Below, one piece after another: positions 20,644-31,112 of a DNA stretch of 64,000 nt. Source of the DNA: Deltaproteobacteria bacterium (GTDB lineage Bacteria; Desulfobacterota; Dissulfuribacteria; Dissulfuribacterales; UBA3076); contig JAGYNZ010000013.1 of the NCBI GenBank assembly GCA_018399745.1, forward strand, positions 65 through 64,064. The letters are read 5' to 3'. The notes under the pieces are model-generated. The model searched no databases, had not been told where the DNA came from, and worked only from the letters and a program-made list of their open reading frames with translations. The stretch's first letter is position 1. Every line of letters begins with the position of its first letter. The translations under genes and the position numbers were made by a program.

Positions 20644-21777
20644 TTATTCTTTAACAAGATTCATTGGCATAATTAATCCTAAAAATCCGATATCTTCTTT
20701 GCCTGTCAGCAAACATGGAGATTCGGAATTATTAGCAGTTAATTCCACCCTATCAGAGTCCATTACAGATAATGCATCCATAAGGTATTTTGCATTAAAG
20801 GCTATCTCAAAAGGTTCTCCACTATAATCTATATTAATCGTTTCCTTTGCTTCTCCAATCTCCTTATAAAGTGACTCTATTTCAATTAATTTTGGTTTAA
20901 CACTGGCTTTAACCCCTCTGAAAGTAGTGTCTGACGAAAAAATTGATATACGTTTTAGTGTATTAAAAACCTCTAATCTGTTAAAAGTTAGGTAACGATC
21001 TCTACTCTTTGGTATTATATTACGATAATCAGGAAATTTACCTTCAACTAACCTTACTACTAGATGATCATTATTGCACTTAACAAAACAAAAGTTGTTA
21101 TCAAAGCCCCAAATCATTCTTTCATGACCTTCTATAATTTTTCTTATTTCTTGTGCCCCTTTTTTTGGAATAATAACTCCTTGTTCAAGCCTTAGGCCTT
21201 TTTCAGTAATATTCTTTTCCATTAAGCTAAGTCTGTGACCATCTGAACTTACCATACGTATTTGAGACTTTTCTTCATCATCATTTTCTTCCTCAAAATA
21301 TATACCTGAAAGGCTGTATTTACGATCGTCATAAGATGAAGAGAATATTGTCTTTTCTATCATCTCTCTTATAATTGAAGATTCTAAATCAACAGCATTT
21401 TCTCTACTTATATGTCTAAATTTCGGAAAGTCATCCGGAGCTATTCCTCCGATCTTGTACTCAGCTTTTTCATCAGCTCCAATTTTTAACCATGTATCTT
21501 TATATTCTTCAAAAAATATTTCTTCAGATGGGAATTCTTTAACTATTTCGTAAAATTTTCGTGCATTAATAGTAATAGCCCCTTGTTCTGTAACCGAACA
21601 AGGGATCTTGCTCTTGTAACTGATTTCTAAATCGGTAGCTTCCACGAATAGATAATTTTCGTCGGTGTAAATAAGTACGTTATTAATAATAGTCATCGAG
21701 GTCTTTTTATCTATAATAGTTTGAATCTTTGAAAGAGGATTCAAAAAATCATTTTTTTTAACCGAGAATTTTAGCAT
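20644..21777 (-). CDS. dnaN: DNA polymerase III beta sliding clamp
   Basis: 377 aa with three-domain clamp length. Has MKF-type N-terminus, VSSDGHRLS, and a C-terminal MPM motif. It lies immediately upstream of gyrB. Confidence 0.9.
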   Translation of the reverse strand: MLKFSVKKNDFLNPLSKIQTIIDKKTSMTIINNVLIYTDENYLFVEATDLEISYKSKIPCSVTEQGAITINARKFYEIVKEFPSEEIFFEEYKDTWLKIGADEKAEYKIGGIAPDDFPKFRHISRENAVDLESSIIREMIEKTIFSSSYDDRKYSLSGIYFEEENDDEEKSQIRMVSSDGHRLSLMEKNITEKGLRLEQGVIIPKKGAQEIRKIIEGHERMIWGFDNNFCFVKCNNDHLVVRLVEGKFPDYRNIIPKSRDRYLTFNRLEVFNTLKRISIFSSDTTFRGVKASVKPKLIEIESLYKEIGEAKETINIDYSGEPFEIAFNAKYLMDALSVMDSDRVELTANNSESPCLLTGKEDIGFLGLIMPMNLVKE

Positions 21778-22042
21778 ATCATTACTCCAAATTTAGTATA
21801 ATAAAAATAGTGTTAATAAATATTGTTATTATAGTTTAAAACTATTTAATCAATTGATATTATATAAAAATCAAGCAGGCAAGAATCTTTTTAACAGTCT
21901 TAATTAAGTGTTCAAAAAAAAAGATATGGTCATTTATTAAAAAAACTAACAGGTTTTCAACATAAAATTAACAAAAACAATTTTGCATGTTTAAAGAAGA
22001 TGCATTATGAATAATTGTAGATGCGTGTAAAGGTACCATAAA

Positions 22043-23185
22043 ATGAAAAAATTTTCCAATGAATTGATTAAATTTATCAGTGACAGAGTAAGAGACATGG
22101 GGCCAATAACATTCAAGGATTTCATGGACATAGCCCTTTATCATGGAAAATATGGATATTACTCTGGTCCGTATATGCCTATTGGAAAAAAAGGGGATTT
22201 TATCACGAGTCCACATACACACTGTCTTTATGGTGCATTACATGCGAGGCAGATAGAGGAATTTTGGAACATATTAGATCGTAAGGACTTTACCATTGTG
22301 GAAATGGGAGCTGGAGCCGGTTATCTTGCACAAGATATTTTGTCTTATTTCTCAAACAGGCAAATTTTTAAAGCGATTAATTACATAATAGTAGAACATA
22401 AGGCCGCAACTGCTTCATGCCAGCAGAAGTTGTTAAAACCATTTATTAATAAAATCAGCTGGATAAATAGTCTTTTAGATTTGGATTCCGTAACTGGTTG
22501 TATTATTTCAAATGAGCTTTTAGATTCTTTTCCTGTCCATGTTATTCAAAAGGAGTTTTCAGGTTTTAAGGAAATTTATGTAGACTTCAGGAAACATGAG
22601 GGGGTTACGGAGGTTTTTGGAGACCTCAGTGTTCATCAACTGATGGAATACGCAAAAACGATCCCTTCAGAGATCGCGGAGGGTTATCGTACAGAAGTGA
22701 ATCTGGGCATGAAGAGATGGATTTCAGAGTTGGCCGAAATAATTTACGAAGGCTTTGTGGTTACAATAGATTATGGGTACACAAGAAAAGAATACTTCCA
22801 TCCTGCAAGAAACAGAGGAACCCTTTTGGCTTATGGTAATCACGAAGTAAACGAGAATTTGTATGAGAGACCCGGGGAGCAGGATTTGACGGCGCATGTT
22901 AATTTTAGCGATTTACACCGATGGGGACAGGATGCGGGTTTTTTCACTCTGGGATATGCGCCCCAATGGGCCTTTTTGGCGGGACTTGATTTTGAGGAAA
23001 CCTTTTTAGAACTTTCAGGTGGAAAATTTGATCCGTTTTCACCTGAGTTGGCCGCAGTAAAAATGCTATTGTTACCTCAAGGAATGGGAGAGTCTCACAA
23101 GGTACTGGTGCAGGGAAAGGGTGTTTCATCGGATTTGGCTTTAAAAGGATTTTCACTAAAAAATATCATGAAGAGGCTTGAGTAA
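22043..23185 (+). CDS. Class I SAM-dependent methyltransferase, MidA/NDUFAF7 (DUF185) family
   Basis: GPITFKDFMDIALYHGKYGYY, the SAM-binding IVEMGAGAGYLA motif and ISNELLDSFPVH are typical of this family. Confidence 0.75.
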   Translation: MKKFSNELIKFISDRVRDMGPITFKDFMDIALYHGKYGYYSGPYMPIGKKGDFITSPHTHCLYGALHARQIEEFWNILDRKDFTIVEMGAGAGYLAQDILSYFSNRQIFKAINYIIVEHKAATASCQQKLLKPFINKISWINSLLDLDSVTGCIISNELLDSFPVHVIQKEFSGFKEIYVDFRKHEGVTEVFGDLSVHQLMEYAKTIPSEIAEGYRTEVNLGMKRWISELAEIIYEGFVVTIDYGYTRKEYFHPARNRGTLLAYGNHEVNENLYERPGEQDLTAHVNFSDLHRWGQDAGFFTLGYAPQWAFLAGLDFEETFLELSGGKFDPFSPELAAVKMLLLPQGMGESHKVLVQGKGVSSDLALKGFSLKNIMKRLE

Positions 23186-23190
23186 GAAAA

Positions 23191-23811
23191 ATGGGTCGGT
23201 TTGATCTAGCCATATTTGATTGTGATGGTGTGATTCTGGATTCCAGGGAGGCCAATAAAACCTATTATAATGGAATACTTGATGAATTCGGACACAGGCC
23301 AATGAATGAAGAAGAGCTTTGCTTTGTGCATATGCACACTGCCGAGGAGTCAATAAAGTATTTATTTAAGGATTATGCGGCAGATCTTAAGGAAGCAATG
23401 ATTTATAGTCAGCAGGTGGATTACACTCATTTTCTTAACCATTTGATTATGGAGCCGGGGGTCGGTGATACTATAGAATCTATCAGACCCCCAATGTTGA
23501 CTGCTATATCAACAAACCGAAGCACTACAATGCCAATGGTTATTGATATTTTTGGACTGGATAAATGGTTTGATATTATCGTTTGTGCGCTTGATGTTAA
23601 GTATCCGAAACCGAATCCAGAGGGAATTTTTAAAATATTAGACATATTGGGGGTTGAGAAGGACCGGACTATCTATATAGGGGACTCTGTTGTGGATGAA
23701 ACGGTTGCACACAGAGTAGGAATTCCGTTAATTGCTTATAAAAACAGTAATTTAAAGGCTTTGTTTCACGTGGAACACTTTCTTCAGATAAAGGAGATTT
23801 TGTTTAATTAG
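23191..23811 (+). CDS. HAD-superfamily hydrolase (phosphatase, subfamily IA)
   Basis: HAD motif I is AIFDCDGVILDS. The STNR and YIGDSVVD motifs are also present. Confidence 0.8.
   Translation: MGRFDLAIFDCDGVILDSREANKTYYNGILDEFGHRPMNEEELCFVHMHTAEESIKYLFKDYAADLKEAMIYSQQVDYTHFLNHLIMEPGVGDTIESIRPPMLTAISTNRSTTMPMVIDIFGLDKWFDIIVCALDVKYPKPNPEGIFKILDILGVEKDRTIYIGDSVVDETVAHRVGIPLIAYKNSNLKALFHVEHFLQIKEILFN
23762..23777. promoter_or_regulatory. parS-like ParB binding site (15/16 match to TGTTTCACGTGAAACA)
   Basis: TGTTTCACGTGGAACA read directly from the sequence. It lies inside the HAD CDS, about 2 kb from the dnaN upstream region. Confidence 0.45.
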
Positions 23812-23867
23812 GAGTTTAGTCTTTGTGCCTTTGCTCTCACGTTTCAGGTCAGACGTGGTACCATTTT

Positions 23868-25142
23868 TTATTTTGCAATTCTTTCAACGCCCTGCATGTA
23901 TTTGATCAAGACCTCGGGAATCAAGACGCTACCGTCTTTCTGCTGGTAGTTTTCCAATATACCAACAACGGTACGCCCTACCGCCAGTCCCGAACCATTT
24001 AGTGTGTGCAGCAAACGGGTTTTTGTCTGACCCTTGGGGCGATAACGTATATTTGCACGCCTTGCCTGAAAGCTATCAAAATTACTACAGGAAGAGATTT
24101 CGCAAAACCTGTTTTGACCCGGAAGCCAGACCTCGATGTCATAGGTTTTTGAAGCGGAAAATCCAAGGTCTCCAGTACATAACTCAATAGTCCTATATGG
24201 GAGACGGAGTTTTTGCAGGACCTCTTCAGCATCTAAAAGCAATGATTCTAATTCAGCAGAAGAATATTCCGGCTGGCAAAATTTAACGAGTTCCACCTTA
24301 TTAAATTGGTGCAGCCTGACAAGCCCCCTGGTATCTTTTCCATGTGATCCCGCCTCTGATCTAAAACAGGGCGTAAAGGACACATAATGGATAGGCAGAA
24401 TATCTTCTTCAAGGACTTCGTCACGATGTAAGTTGGTAATGGGCACTTCCGCTGTTGGTATCAGATAGTAATTCCTGTTTTCTAGTTTAAAAAGATCGTC
24501 AGCAAATTTGGGTAGTTGCCCTGTGCCGAGGAGGGACTTTTCGTTTACTATAAAAGGTGGAAGTATTTCCTTATAACCGTGCAGATCCTGGTGCAAATCC
24601 AACATAAAATTAATCAATGCCCTTTCGAGTTTTGCTCCCAATCCTCGATAAACAGCGAATCTTGCACCTGCTATCTTTGCCGCTCTCTCGAAATCTAAAA
24701 TATTGAGCGCTTCTCCTACTTCCCAGTGTGGCGCCGGCCTGAAATCGAATTCTAATATATCCCCCCAGGTCCTTATGACAGGATTTTCTGTCTCGTCCCT
24801 ACCAAAAGGCACAGAGAAATGGGGCAGGTTTGGTATTGAAAAAAGATATCTGTTGAGAGAAGCCTCTTTTTCTACAAGAAGATTGTTTAACCTCTTAATT
24901 CTGGATGCCACATCCTTCATTTGGGATATGAGTTGTTCAGAATCTTTTTTTGCTTTTTTTTGTTTTCCTATTTCCTCCGACACTCTGTTTCTAAGGTTTC
25001 TAAGGTCTTCTACTTCCTGAATCAACGCCCTCCTTTCGGAGTCAACCTTAAGCAGAGAATCAAGCGGGAAATCGTTACCTCTGGTCTTGAGAGCCTTGCG
25101 AACCAATTCGGTATTTTCACGTACAAATTTTATTTCTAACAT
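23868..25142 (-). CDS. serS: Serine--tRNA ligase
   Basis: 424 aa. Has an N-terminal coiled-coil arm, the class II motifs FRSEAGSHGKDTRGLVRLHQF and TLNGSGLAVGR. Confidence 0.93.
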   Translation of the reverse strand: MLEIKFVRENTELVRKALKTRGNDFPLDSLLKVDSERRALIQEVEDLRNLRNRVSEEIGKQKKAKKDSEQLISQMKDVASRIKRLNNLLVEKEASLNRYLFSIPNLPHFSVPFGRDETENPVIRTWGDILEFDFRPAPHWEVGEALNILDFERAAKIAGARFAVYRGLGAKLERALINFMLDLHQDLHGYKEILPPFIVNEKSLLGTGQLPKFADDLFKLENRNYYLIPTAEVPITNLHRDEVLEEDILPIHYVSFTPCFRSEAGSHGKDTRGLVRLHQFNKVELVKFCQPEYSSAELESLLLDAEEVLQKLRLPYRTIELCTGDLGFSASKTYDIEVWLPGQNRFCEISSCSNFDSFQARRANIRYRPKGQTKTRLLHTLNGSGLAVGRTVVGILENYQQKDGSVLIPEVLIKYMQGVERIAK

Positions 25143-25251
25143 AAAAGAGTCCTTAAGAGTTGCCTAAAGTGAGCTATTGTTGAGGCCTTCGTGCCTGCTA
25201 CAAGTAGCTTTAATCATACAAGCTCGAAGATAACCCCAAATAACAGAGTAA

Positions 25252-26004
25252 TCAAATTATAAGATAGTCGTTGGCCGACCCGATTCCCATTCTTGTCAAT
25301 AGTATGCGGTCAGGATTTAATCGAGACAATAAGTCCGCCATGGTTTTCCACCGTGTCCCAGTCATTAAATGCATCCAACCACAAATATGTATATGACATG
25401 AGTTTGTCTCTCGATGAGATCCATGGTTTGGCAAAGCGTTTTCATGAACCCTTTTAATTCTATGCGCAAGGGTTTTTTCTCTTTTTTCCCAAGACCTGTT
25501 GGAGAGCCAGGACAGCTGTTGCCCCGGTTTTGTAAAAAAAATTGGGTTAGCAAGTGCAGTTTTTGCCTGAGAATGACATTCTCTAAAGTGTTCGTCCAGG
25601 TCGAAATCGGGTTCATATGTAATTTTAAGGAGATTTTTGCTTGAAAGAACCTCGCTTTTCCATAACGGTAGTTCCTTTCTCGCGAGCTCGCTATTGTCAA
25701 TCGGAAGACATGGAATATTATTGGCTTTGCCATATCTAGATGCTACCTCCCATTCAAAGGGTATTTGAAGCTGGAGTTCAAGCAGCTTGAGCCTGGAGTG
25801 GTCCCTTTTTTCTTCGGGAAGCTTGTATTTTAAATATCCAAGACGAATCAGCCACTTTTTTCGGTTGGACAATCTGTATCTGACTGAAAAACCACTGATT
25901 TCTACGGTTAAAATGCTCGGCTGGAGATTTTCAATTATCTTGGAAAGACCATTTCCACCTTGCGGATCAAGGTGGACTGTGCCGACGAGAATAAGATCAA
26001 TCAT
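25252..26004 (-). CDS. Hypothetical protein, weak TraB/GumN-like resemblance
   Basis: 250 aa. The N-terminus ILVGTVHLDPQG...ILTVEISG resembles the TraB-family GTAHVS...VAVEL pattern. Otherwise unrecognised. Confidence 0.4.
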   Translation of the reverse strand: MIDLILVGTVHLDPQGGNGLSKIIENLQPSILTVEISGFSVRYRLSNRKKWLIRLGYLKYKLPEEKRDHSRLKLLELQLQIPFEWEVASRYGKANNIPCLPIDNSELARKELPLWKSEVLSSKNLLKITYEPDFDLDEHFRECHSQAKTALANPIFFTKPGQQLSWLSNRSWEKREKTLAHRIKRVHENALPNHGSHRETNSCHIHICGWMHLMTGTRWKTMADLLSRLNPDRILLTRMGIGSANDYLII

Positions 26005-26136
26005 TTATTTAAATCCATAAAGACGTACAAAAAAGCTGGTGCAACATGTTTTGAATTTATTGATCTCAGGCCTGCTCTATGCTGTTAAAAAAGTCCGTTT
26101 TTGTTTCCACTCGCGGTTTTAAACTAATAAAAGTAC

Positions 26137-27666
26137 TCAAATTTTTTCCCGATCGAGGCTTCTATATTGTACGGCTTCGGACAGGTGAGCCATAGTTATA
26201 CTGGTGGATTCCTCAAGGTCCGCAATAGTTCTCCCTATCTTTATTATCCTATGAAAAGCCCTTGCGCTCAAGGCCAGTTTGCTCGCGACGGCTTCTAAAA
26301 AAGACCTGTTTTTTCCTGACAACTTGCAAAAAAACCTTAGTTCTTTAGACGACATTTGGGAATTACAATGGATAGAAAGACCTTTGAATCGTTGTTCCTG
26401 TATTTTTCTGGCTCCAACAACCCTCTTTCTGATTGTCGCAGAGCTTTCCCCCCGTCTTGCGTGACCGAGATCCGAATAAGGAACTGCAGGAACCTCGATC
26501 TGAATATCTATACGGTCCAGCAAAGGCCCTGATATCCGGTTACGATAACGAATTATCTGACTTGGAAGACACGAGCACCTATGTCGCGGATCTCCTAAAT
26601 GTCCACAAGGACAGGGATTTTGAGCGGCTACAAGGGTAAATCTTGCGGGAAAGGAGAGGGTAATCGCAGCCCTTGCAATCGTAACAACCCCATCTTCAAT
26701 AGGCTGTCTAAGGCTTTCCAAGACGTTCTTCCTGAATTCCGGCAGTTCATCCAGAAAAAGCACTCCGTTGTGTGCGAGGCTTACCTGGCCCGGTCTCGGT
26801 ACGGTTCCTCCACCTATTAAACCGGCATCTGAAATGGTATGATGGGGTGAGCAAAAAGGCCTTAAAGTGATTAAAGGGTCGTCCGAAGGCAAAAGTCCCG
26901 CTACGCTATATATAGTAGTGGTCTCAAGGGCTTCTTCAAAGGTGAGTGATGGAAGGATTGAGGGAATACGTTTGGCCAGCATGGTCTTTCCTGATCCCGG
27001 GGGGCCTATCATAAGTACGTTGTGACCGCCCGCGGCAGCGACTTCAAGGGCCCTTTTTACATGTTCCTGCCCAATGACGTCCTGAAAGTCTCCATGTTGG
27101 GATTCCCCCTCCTTGAATAGTTCGTTTAGATTAATTTGCTGGGGTTCGATCTTAATCTTGTCTACCAGGAACTCCACAACCTCGGATAGGTGTTTTGCTG
27201 GATACGCGGCAGTTTCTCTTACCACAGCGGCTTCCGGCGCATTTGTCTTGGGAACTATAAAACCATTAAGGTCCCATTCTCTGGCGGCAAGGGAAAGAGG
27301 AAGAATGCCCCTTGTAGATTTCAATGTACCGTCAAGAGATAGCTCTCCCGCAAGGCAGTATCTACGAAGTATGTTCTGCGGAATGACCTCCGTAGCACAC
27401 AGAATGGCACAGGCTATAGGCAGATCAAGGGCCGACCCCTCCTTTTTCATATCTGCCGGCGCCAGGTTCACCGTAATCCTTTGGGTGGGAAACGGATACC
27501 CACAATTTTTAATAGCGCTTTTGACCCTTTCCCTGCTTTCTTTAACCGCTCCTTCTGGAAGTCCAACCATATTGAAAGATGGAAGCCCGGGAGAAACATC
27601 TATCTCAATCTCTATTGGAAACGCATCTATCCCTATAACAACCCCACTTTTCGCCACAGCAAGCAT
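26137..27666 (-). CDS. comM: YifB/ComM family Mg-chelatase-like AAA+ ATPase
   Basis: 509 aa. Has an N-terminal Lon-protease-like domain, Walker A (GPPGSGKT), Walker B (VLFLDELPEF) and a C-terminal Mg_chelatase_C domain. Confidence 0.88.
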   Translation of the reverse strand: MLAVAKSGVVIGIDAFPIEIEIDVSPGLPSFNMVGLPEGAVKESRERVKSAIKNCGYPFPTQRITVNLAPADMKKEGSALDLPIACAILCATEVIPQNILRRYCLAGELSLDGTLKSTRGILPLSLAAREWDLNGFIVPKTNAPEAAVVRETAAYPAKHLSEVVEFLVDKIKIEPQQINLNELFKEGESQHGDFQDVIGQEHVKRALEVAAAGGHNVLMIGPPGSGKTMLAKRIPSILPSLTFEEALETTTIYSVAGLLPSDDPLITLRPFCSPHHTISDAGLIGGGTVPRPGQVSLAHNGVLFLDELPEFRKNVLESLRQPIEDGVVTIARAAITLSFPARFTLVAAQNPCPCGHLGDPRHRCSCLPSQIIRYRNRISGPLLDRIDIQIEVPAVPYSDLGHARRGESSATIRKRVVGARKIQEQRFKGLSIHCNSQMSSKELRFFCKLSGKNRSFLEAVASKLALSARAFHRIIKIGRTIADLEESTSITMAHLSEAVQYRSLDREKI

Positions 27667-27802
27667 GAGAAGTTGTATCCTTTCTGAAGCATTTTTTCGT
27701 TATCGGAGTATTTTTGTATAAATACAATATATTAACTCATTACCTGATCGGCTAAAAAGGTCATTACCTAAAAGTTTGTTGTATATATGGTTTGTGATTT
27801 AT

Positions 27803-27840
27803 CAAGAAAAAGGCCCCTTTGTTTCTAAACAAAGGGGCCT
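27803..27840 (-). terminator. Rho-independent terminator downstream of groEL
   Basis: A perfect 14-bp stem AGGCCCCTTTGTTT/AAACAAAGGGGCCT (27811..27840) is followed on the minus strand by TTTTTCTT. Confidence 0.75.
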
Positions 27841-27894
27841 TTAAGATTTATGCGAGATCTAAAAAACTGATCATGCAACGGGACCTACATAGGA

Positions 27895-29535
27895 TTACAT
27901 CATGCCACCAGTGGGCATGCCGCCACCGGGGGGCATGCCACCCATGGGCTGTTCCTCTTTAGGTTTCTCGGCGACCATGGCCTCTGTTGTAATAAGAAGT
28001 CCGGAGACGCTGGCAGCATTTTGAAGTGCTATGCGCGTGACCTTTGTCGGATCAATGATTCCAGCCTTCATTAGATCTTCATATTCTCCTGTTTCCGCAT
28101 TAAATCCGACATTTCCGCTTTTATCCTTTACATGTTCAACAACAACAGACCCCTCATGCCCAGCATTGCATGCAATCTGCCGCATAGGCTCTTCCAGGGC
28201 CCTTTTAACTATATTAATACCGTGTTCTTCGTCAGGATTCTTAACCTTAAGATTGTTCACTGCTCCCAGGCAACGCAGATAGGCGGTTCCACCACCAGCG
28301 ATTATTCCCTCTTCTACAGCAGCTCTGGTGGCATTAAGCGCATCTTCTACCCTTGCCTTTTTTTCCTTCATTTCTGTTTCAGTCGCTGCGCCAACGTTAA
28401 TGACGGCCACTCCTCCGATAAGTTTGGCCAAACGCTCCTGCAGCTTCTCCCTATCGTAGTCAGAGGTTGTTTCGTCGATCTGTGTACGGATTTGCCTTAC
28501 ACGGCCTTCAATCTTTTCCTTAGAACCGGCACCGTCAACTATAGTAGTATTATCCTTGTCGATTATGACCCTTTTCGCTGTCCCCAGATCATTGATAGAT
28601 ACATTTTCGAGCTTGATACCCAGGTCTTCTGCCACCATTTCACCACCGGTCAAAATGGCGATATCCTGCATCATTGCTTTTCGTCTGTCTCCGAAACCAG
28701 GCGCCTTTACCGCACATGTCTGGAGAGTTCCCCTGAGTTTGTTTACCACTAAGGTAGCAAGGGCTTCGCCCTCAACGTCCTCGGATATGATCAGAAGGGG
28801 TTTACCCATCTTCGCAATCTGTTCAAGAATTGGCAGGAGATCTTTCATGCTACTGATTTTTTTCTCGTGAATCAGAATATAGGGATCTTCCAGCACGCAC
28901 TCCATCTTTTCCGGATCTGTTGAGAAATAAGGAGAGGAATAACCACGATCGAACTGCATACCTTCCACTACATCCAGCGAGGTCTCCATGGCCTTTGCTT
29001 CTTCTACCGTAATGACCCCTTCTTTGCCGACCTTGTCCATGGCCTCGGCAATGATGTTACCAATGGTAAGATCGTTATTGGCGGATATGGTACCTACCTG
29101 AGCGATCTCCTTCTGGTCCTTGGTGGGCTTAGACTTTTTCCGCAGTTCTTTTACGACGACTTCAACCGCTTTATCAATGCCCCTCTTGAGGGCCATGGGA
29201 TTGACTCCGGCAGCTACCAGCTTTGATCCCTCCGCATATATAGCTTGAGCAAGTATGGTCGCTGTGGTCGTGCCATCTCCAGCAATATCGCTGGTTTTAG
29301 AGGCCACCTCTCTTACCATCTGGGCACCCATATTCTCAAATTTGTCCTCAAGCTCAACCTCCTTGGCCACTGTAACGCCGTCCTTTGTAATGACAGGCGA
29401 TCCAAAAGATTTTTCAATGATGACATTGCGACCCTTGGGACCAAGTGTTACTTTGACCGCATTAGACAGGGCATTAATGCCTATTAACATGGCCTCTCTG
29501 GCCTTTATGTCGTACTTAATTTCTTTTGCTGACAT
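27895..29535 (-). CDS. groL: Chaperonin GroEL
   Basis: 546 aa. Has [12 protein letters not shown] and a C-terminal GGM-type repeat tail ([15 protein letters not shown]). Confidence 0.97.
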   Translation of the reverse strand: MSAKEIKYDIKAREAMLIGINALSNAVKVTLGPKGRNVIIEKSFGSPVITKDGVTVAKEVELEDKFENMGAQMVREVASKTSDIAGDGTTTATILAQAIYAEGSKLVAAGVNPMALKRGIDKAVEVVVKELRKKSKPTKDQKEIAQVGTISANNDLTIGNIIAEAMDKVGKEGVITVEEAKAMETSLDVVEGMQFDRGYSSPYFSTDPEKMECVLEDPYILIHEKKISSMKDLLPILEQIAKMGKPLLIISEDVEGEALATLVVNKLRGTLQTCAVKAPGFGDRRKAMMQDIAILTGGEMVAEDLGIKLENVSINDLGTAKRVIIDKDNTTIVDGAGSKEKIEGRVRQIRTQIDETTSDYDREKLQERLAKLIGGVAVINVGAATETEMKEKKARVEDALNATRAAVEEGIIAGGGTAYLRCLGAVNNLKVKNPDEEHGINIVKRALEEPMRQIACNAGHEGSVVVEHVKDKSGNVGFNAETGEYEDLMKAGIIDPTKVTRIALQNAASVSGLLITTEAMVAEKPKEEQPMGGMPPGGGMPTGGMM

Positions 29536-29600
29536 TGTTTAACCTCCGTTATTCGGTTCTTGTATAAGCGTTGTTTTCTAATGAAATGTTATCAGTTGAA

Positions 29601-29891
29601 CTAGTCTTCGATAATACCGAGGACGTCATCTTCCCTCATTATCAGATACTCTTCTCCGGAAATTTTTACCTCTGTGCCTGAGTATTTGCTGAACAGGATG
29701 CGATCCCCCTCTTTTACGTCCAAAGGCTTTATTTCGCCGTTTTCAAGAATTTTGCCGTTGCCGACAGAGACCACTTTTCCCTCGGCAGGCTTTTCTTTTG
29801 CACTGTCAGGGATGATAATTCCACCCTTGGTTTTTTCTTCTTCCTGTACGCGTGTTACCAAAATTCGGTCGTGTAACGGACGAATTTTCAT
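29601..29891 (-). CDS. groS: Co-chaperonin GroES
   Basis: 96 aa. [12 protein letters not shown]...[13 protein letters not shown] is the mobile loop. Confidence 0.96.
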   Translation of the reverse strand: MKIRPLHDRILVTRVQEEEKTKGGIIIPDSAKEKPAEGKVVSVGNGKILENGEIKPLDVKEGDRILFSKYSGTEVKISGEEYLIMREDDVLGIIED

Positions 29892-30053
29892 AGCTTTTCT
29901 CTCCTTTTTTCTATAAAATAATTCGAAACAAATCAGTTTTAAACGAGCCGAAAGCCCTGAGCGAAAGGACTATCGGCTCGTCCGAGTCCTCTGGGAATTG
30001 ATACACAAGACTTGTCCTGCAGTTTAAAAGGATGACCATCTAATTATATCTGT

Positions 30054-30080
30054 TTAGCACTCATGAACGACGAGTGCTAA
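30054..30080 (-). promoter_or_regulatory. CIRCE operator (HrcA binding site)
   Basis: TTAGCACTC-N9-GAGTGCTAA is a perfect match to the CIRCE consensus. It lies about 165 nt upstream of the groES start. Confidence 0.9.
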
Positions 30081-30106
30081 TATAATTACGCTTTTTTGGA
30101 ATGCAA
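30079..30106 (-). promoter_or_regulatory. Sigma-70-type promoter of groES-groEL
   Basis: On the minus strand: -35 TTGCAT (30106..30101), a 16-nt spacer, then -10 TATATT (30084..30079) abutting CIRCE. Confidence 0.55.
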
Positions 30107-30167
30107 TACCTTTATGAAAAAATATTTTGTGCTTACAACCTGATGACAGCTGAAAGGGGACGAATAA

Positions 30168-31022
30168 TTACAACACATCTCTTAAAATAGACAGCATCTC
30201 TTTATGAATCAAGCTATTTGTTGCTAATATTTCCGGAACAAATGGAGAATAGCTGTTGCCCCAAAAGTCTGATGTTTTTCCACCCGCCTCCTCTAAAAGA
30301 AGTTGGCCGGCGGCAGTATCCCAGGGTTTGAGCTTGACTTCCCAGAAACCGTCCATCCGGCCACAGGCCACATAGGCCAGATCTAGAGCAGCCGCTCCTG
30401 CCCTGCGGATTCCCTGGACCCTCATCAAAACAGCCTCCAGGGCGGCCATAACTTTAGCGGGACTCTTCCTGACATCATAAGGAAAGCCTGTTGCCAGGAG
30501 GGATTTATCTAAAACCGGGATACTTGACACCCTTATTGGCTTGCCGTTAAGCCAGGCCCCTCTGTCGAGGCACCCGCAGAACAATTCGTCCCGAACAGGA
30601 GAATATATAGCCCCTACCTGACCCCTGCCTTTATCGAGATAAGCAATGGATACAGCAAACCACGGCAAACCATGGGCAAAATTGGTCGTACCGTCAAGAG
30701 GGTCTATGATCCAGACAGGACCTGCAGGGGGTTCAGTGTAGGTAAAATGTGATTCTTCAGCGAGAAAATCCGCTTGGAGGCCTGACGTATTCAACATGGC
30801 AAGTATAGCGTTCTCGGAGGAAATATCGGCTTCTGTAACCAGGTCTATATCACCCTTATGCATTATTTTAAGGGGTTTACCGTATAATTTCCTTAAGATC
30901 TTTCCTGCCTCCAGGGCGGCCTTTCCCGCTATTTTTAAAATGTGCGCCATTTTGGGGTCGCAGCATGTAATGCAACTTTCAATTCTTTTCATAGGTCTTC
31001 TTTCGATGAGGCTGGATGCCAT
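30168..31022 (-). CDS. suhB: Inositol monophosphatase family protein (SuhB-like)
   Basis: Has WIIDPLDGTTNFAHG and the WDTAAG motif. The true start may be an internal Met (for example MAHILKIAGKAA at about 30950). Confidence 0.82.
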   Translation of the reverse strand: MASSLIERRPMKRIESCITCCDPKMAHILKIAGKAALEAGKILRKLYGKPLKIMHKGDIDLVTEADISSENAILAMLNTSGLQADFLAEESHFTYTEPPAGPVWIIDPLDGTTNFAHGLPWFAVSIAYLDKGRGQVGAIYSPVRDELFCGCLDRGAWLNGKPIRVSSIPVLDKSLLATGFPYDVRKSPAKVMAALEAVLMRVQGIRRAGAAALDLAYVACGRMDGFWEVKLKPWDTAAGQLLLEEAGGKTSDFWGNSYSPFVPEILATNSLIHKEMLSILRDVL

Positions 31023-31112
31023 GAACTATTTGATTTCGGGCCCTGATTGTCGTTCGGGTTATACAGACTGATACTTGAAGATTGAAAATGAATTATGAAT
31101 TTCATACGGTTC

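Noticed and set aside
21778-22042. AT-rich dnaN upstream region as oriC.
   Set aside because: No DnaA box has fewer than 2 mismatches to TTATCCACA and dnaA is absent. It is reported only as a compositional observation, not as an origin.
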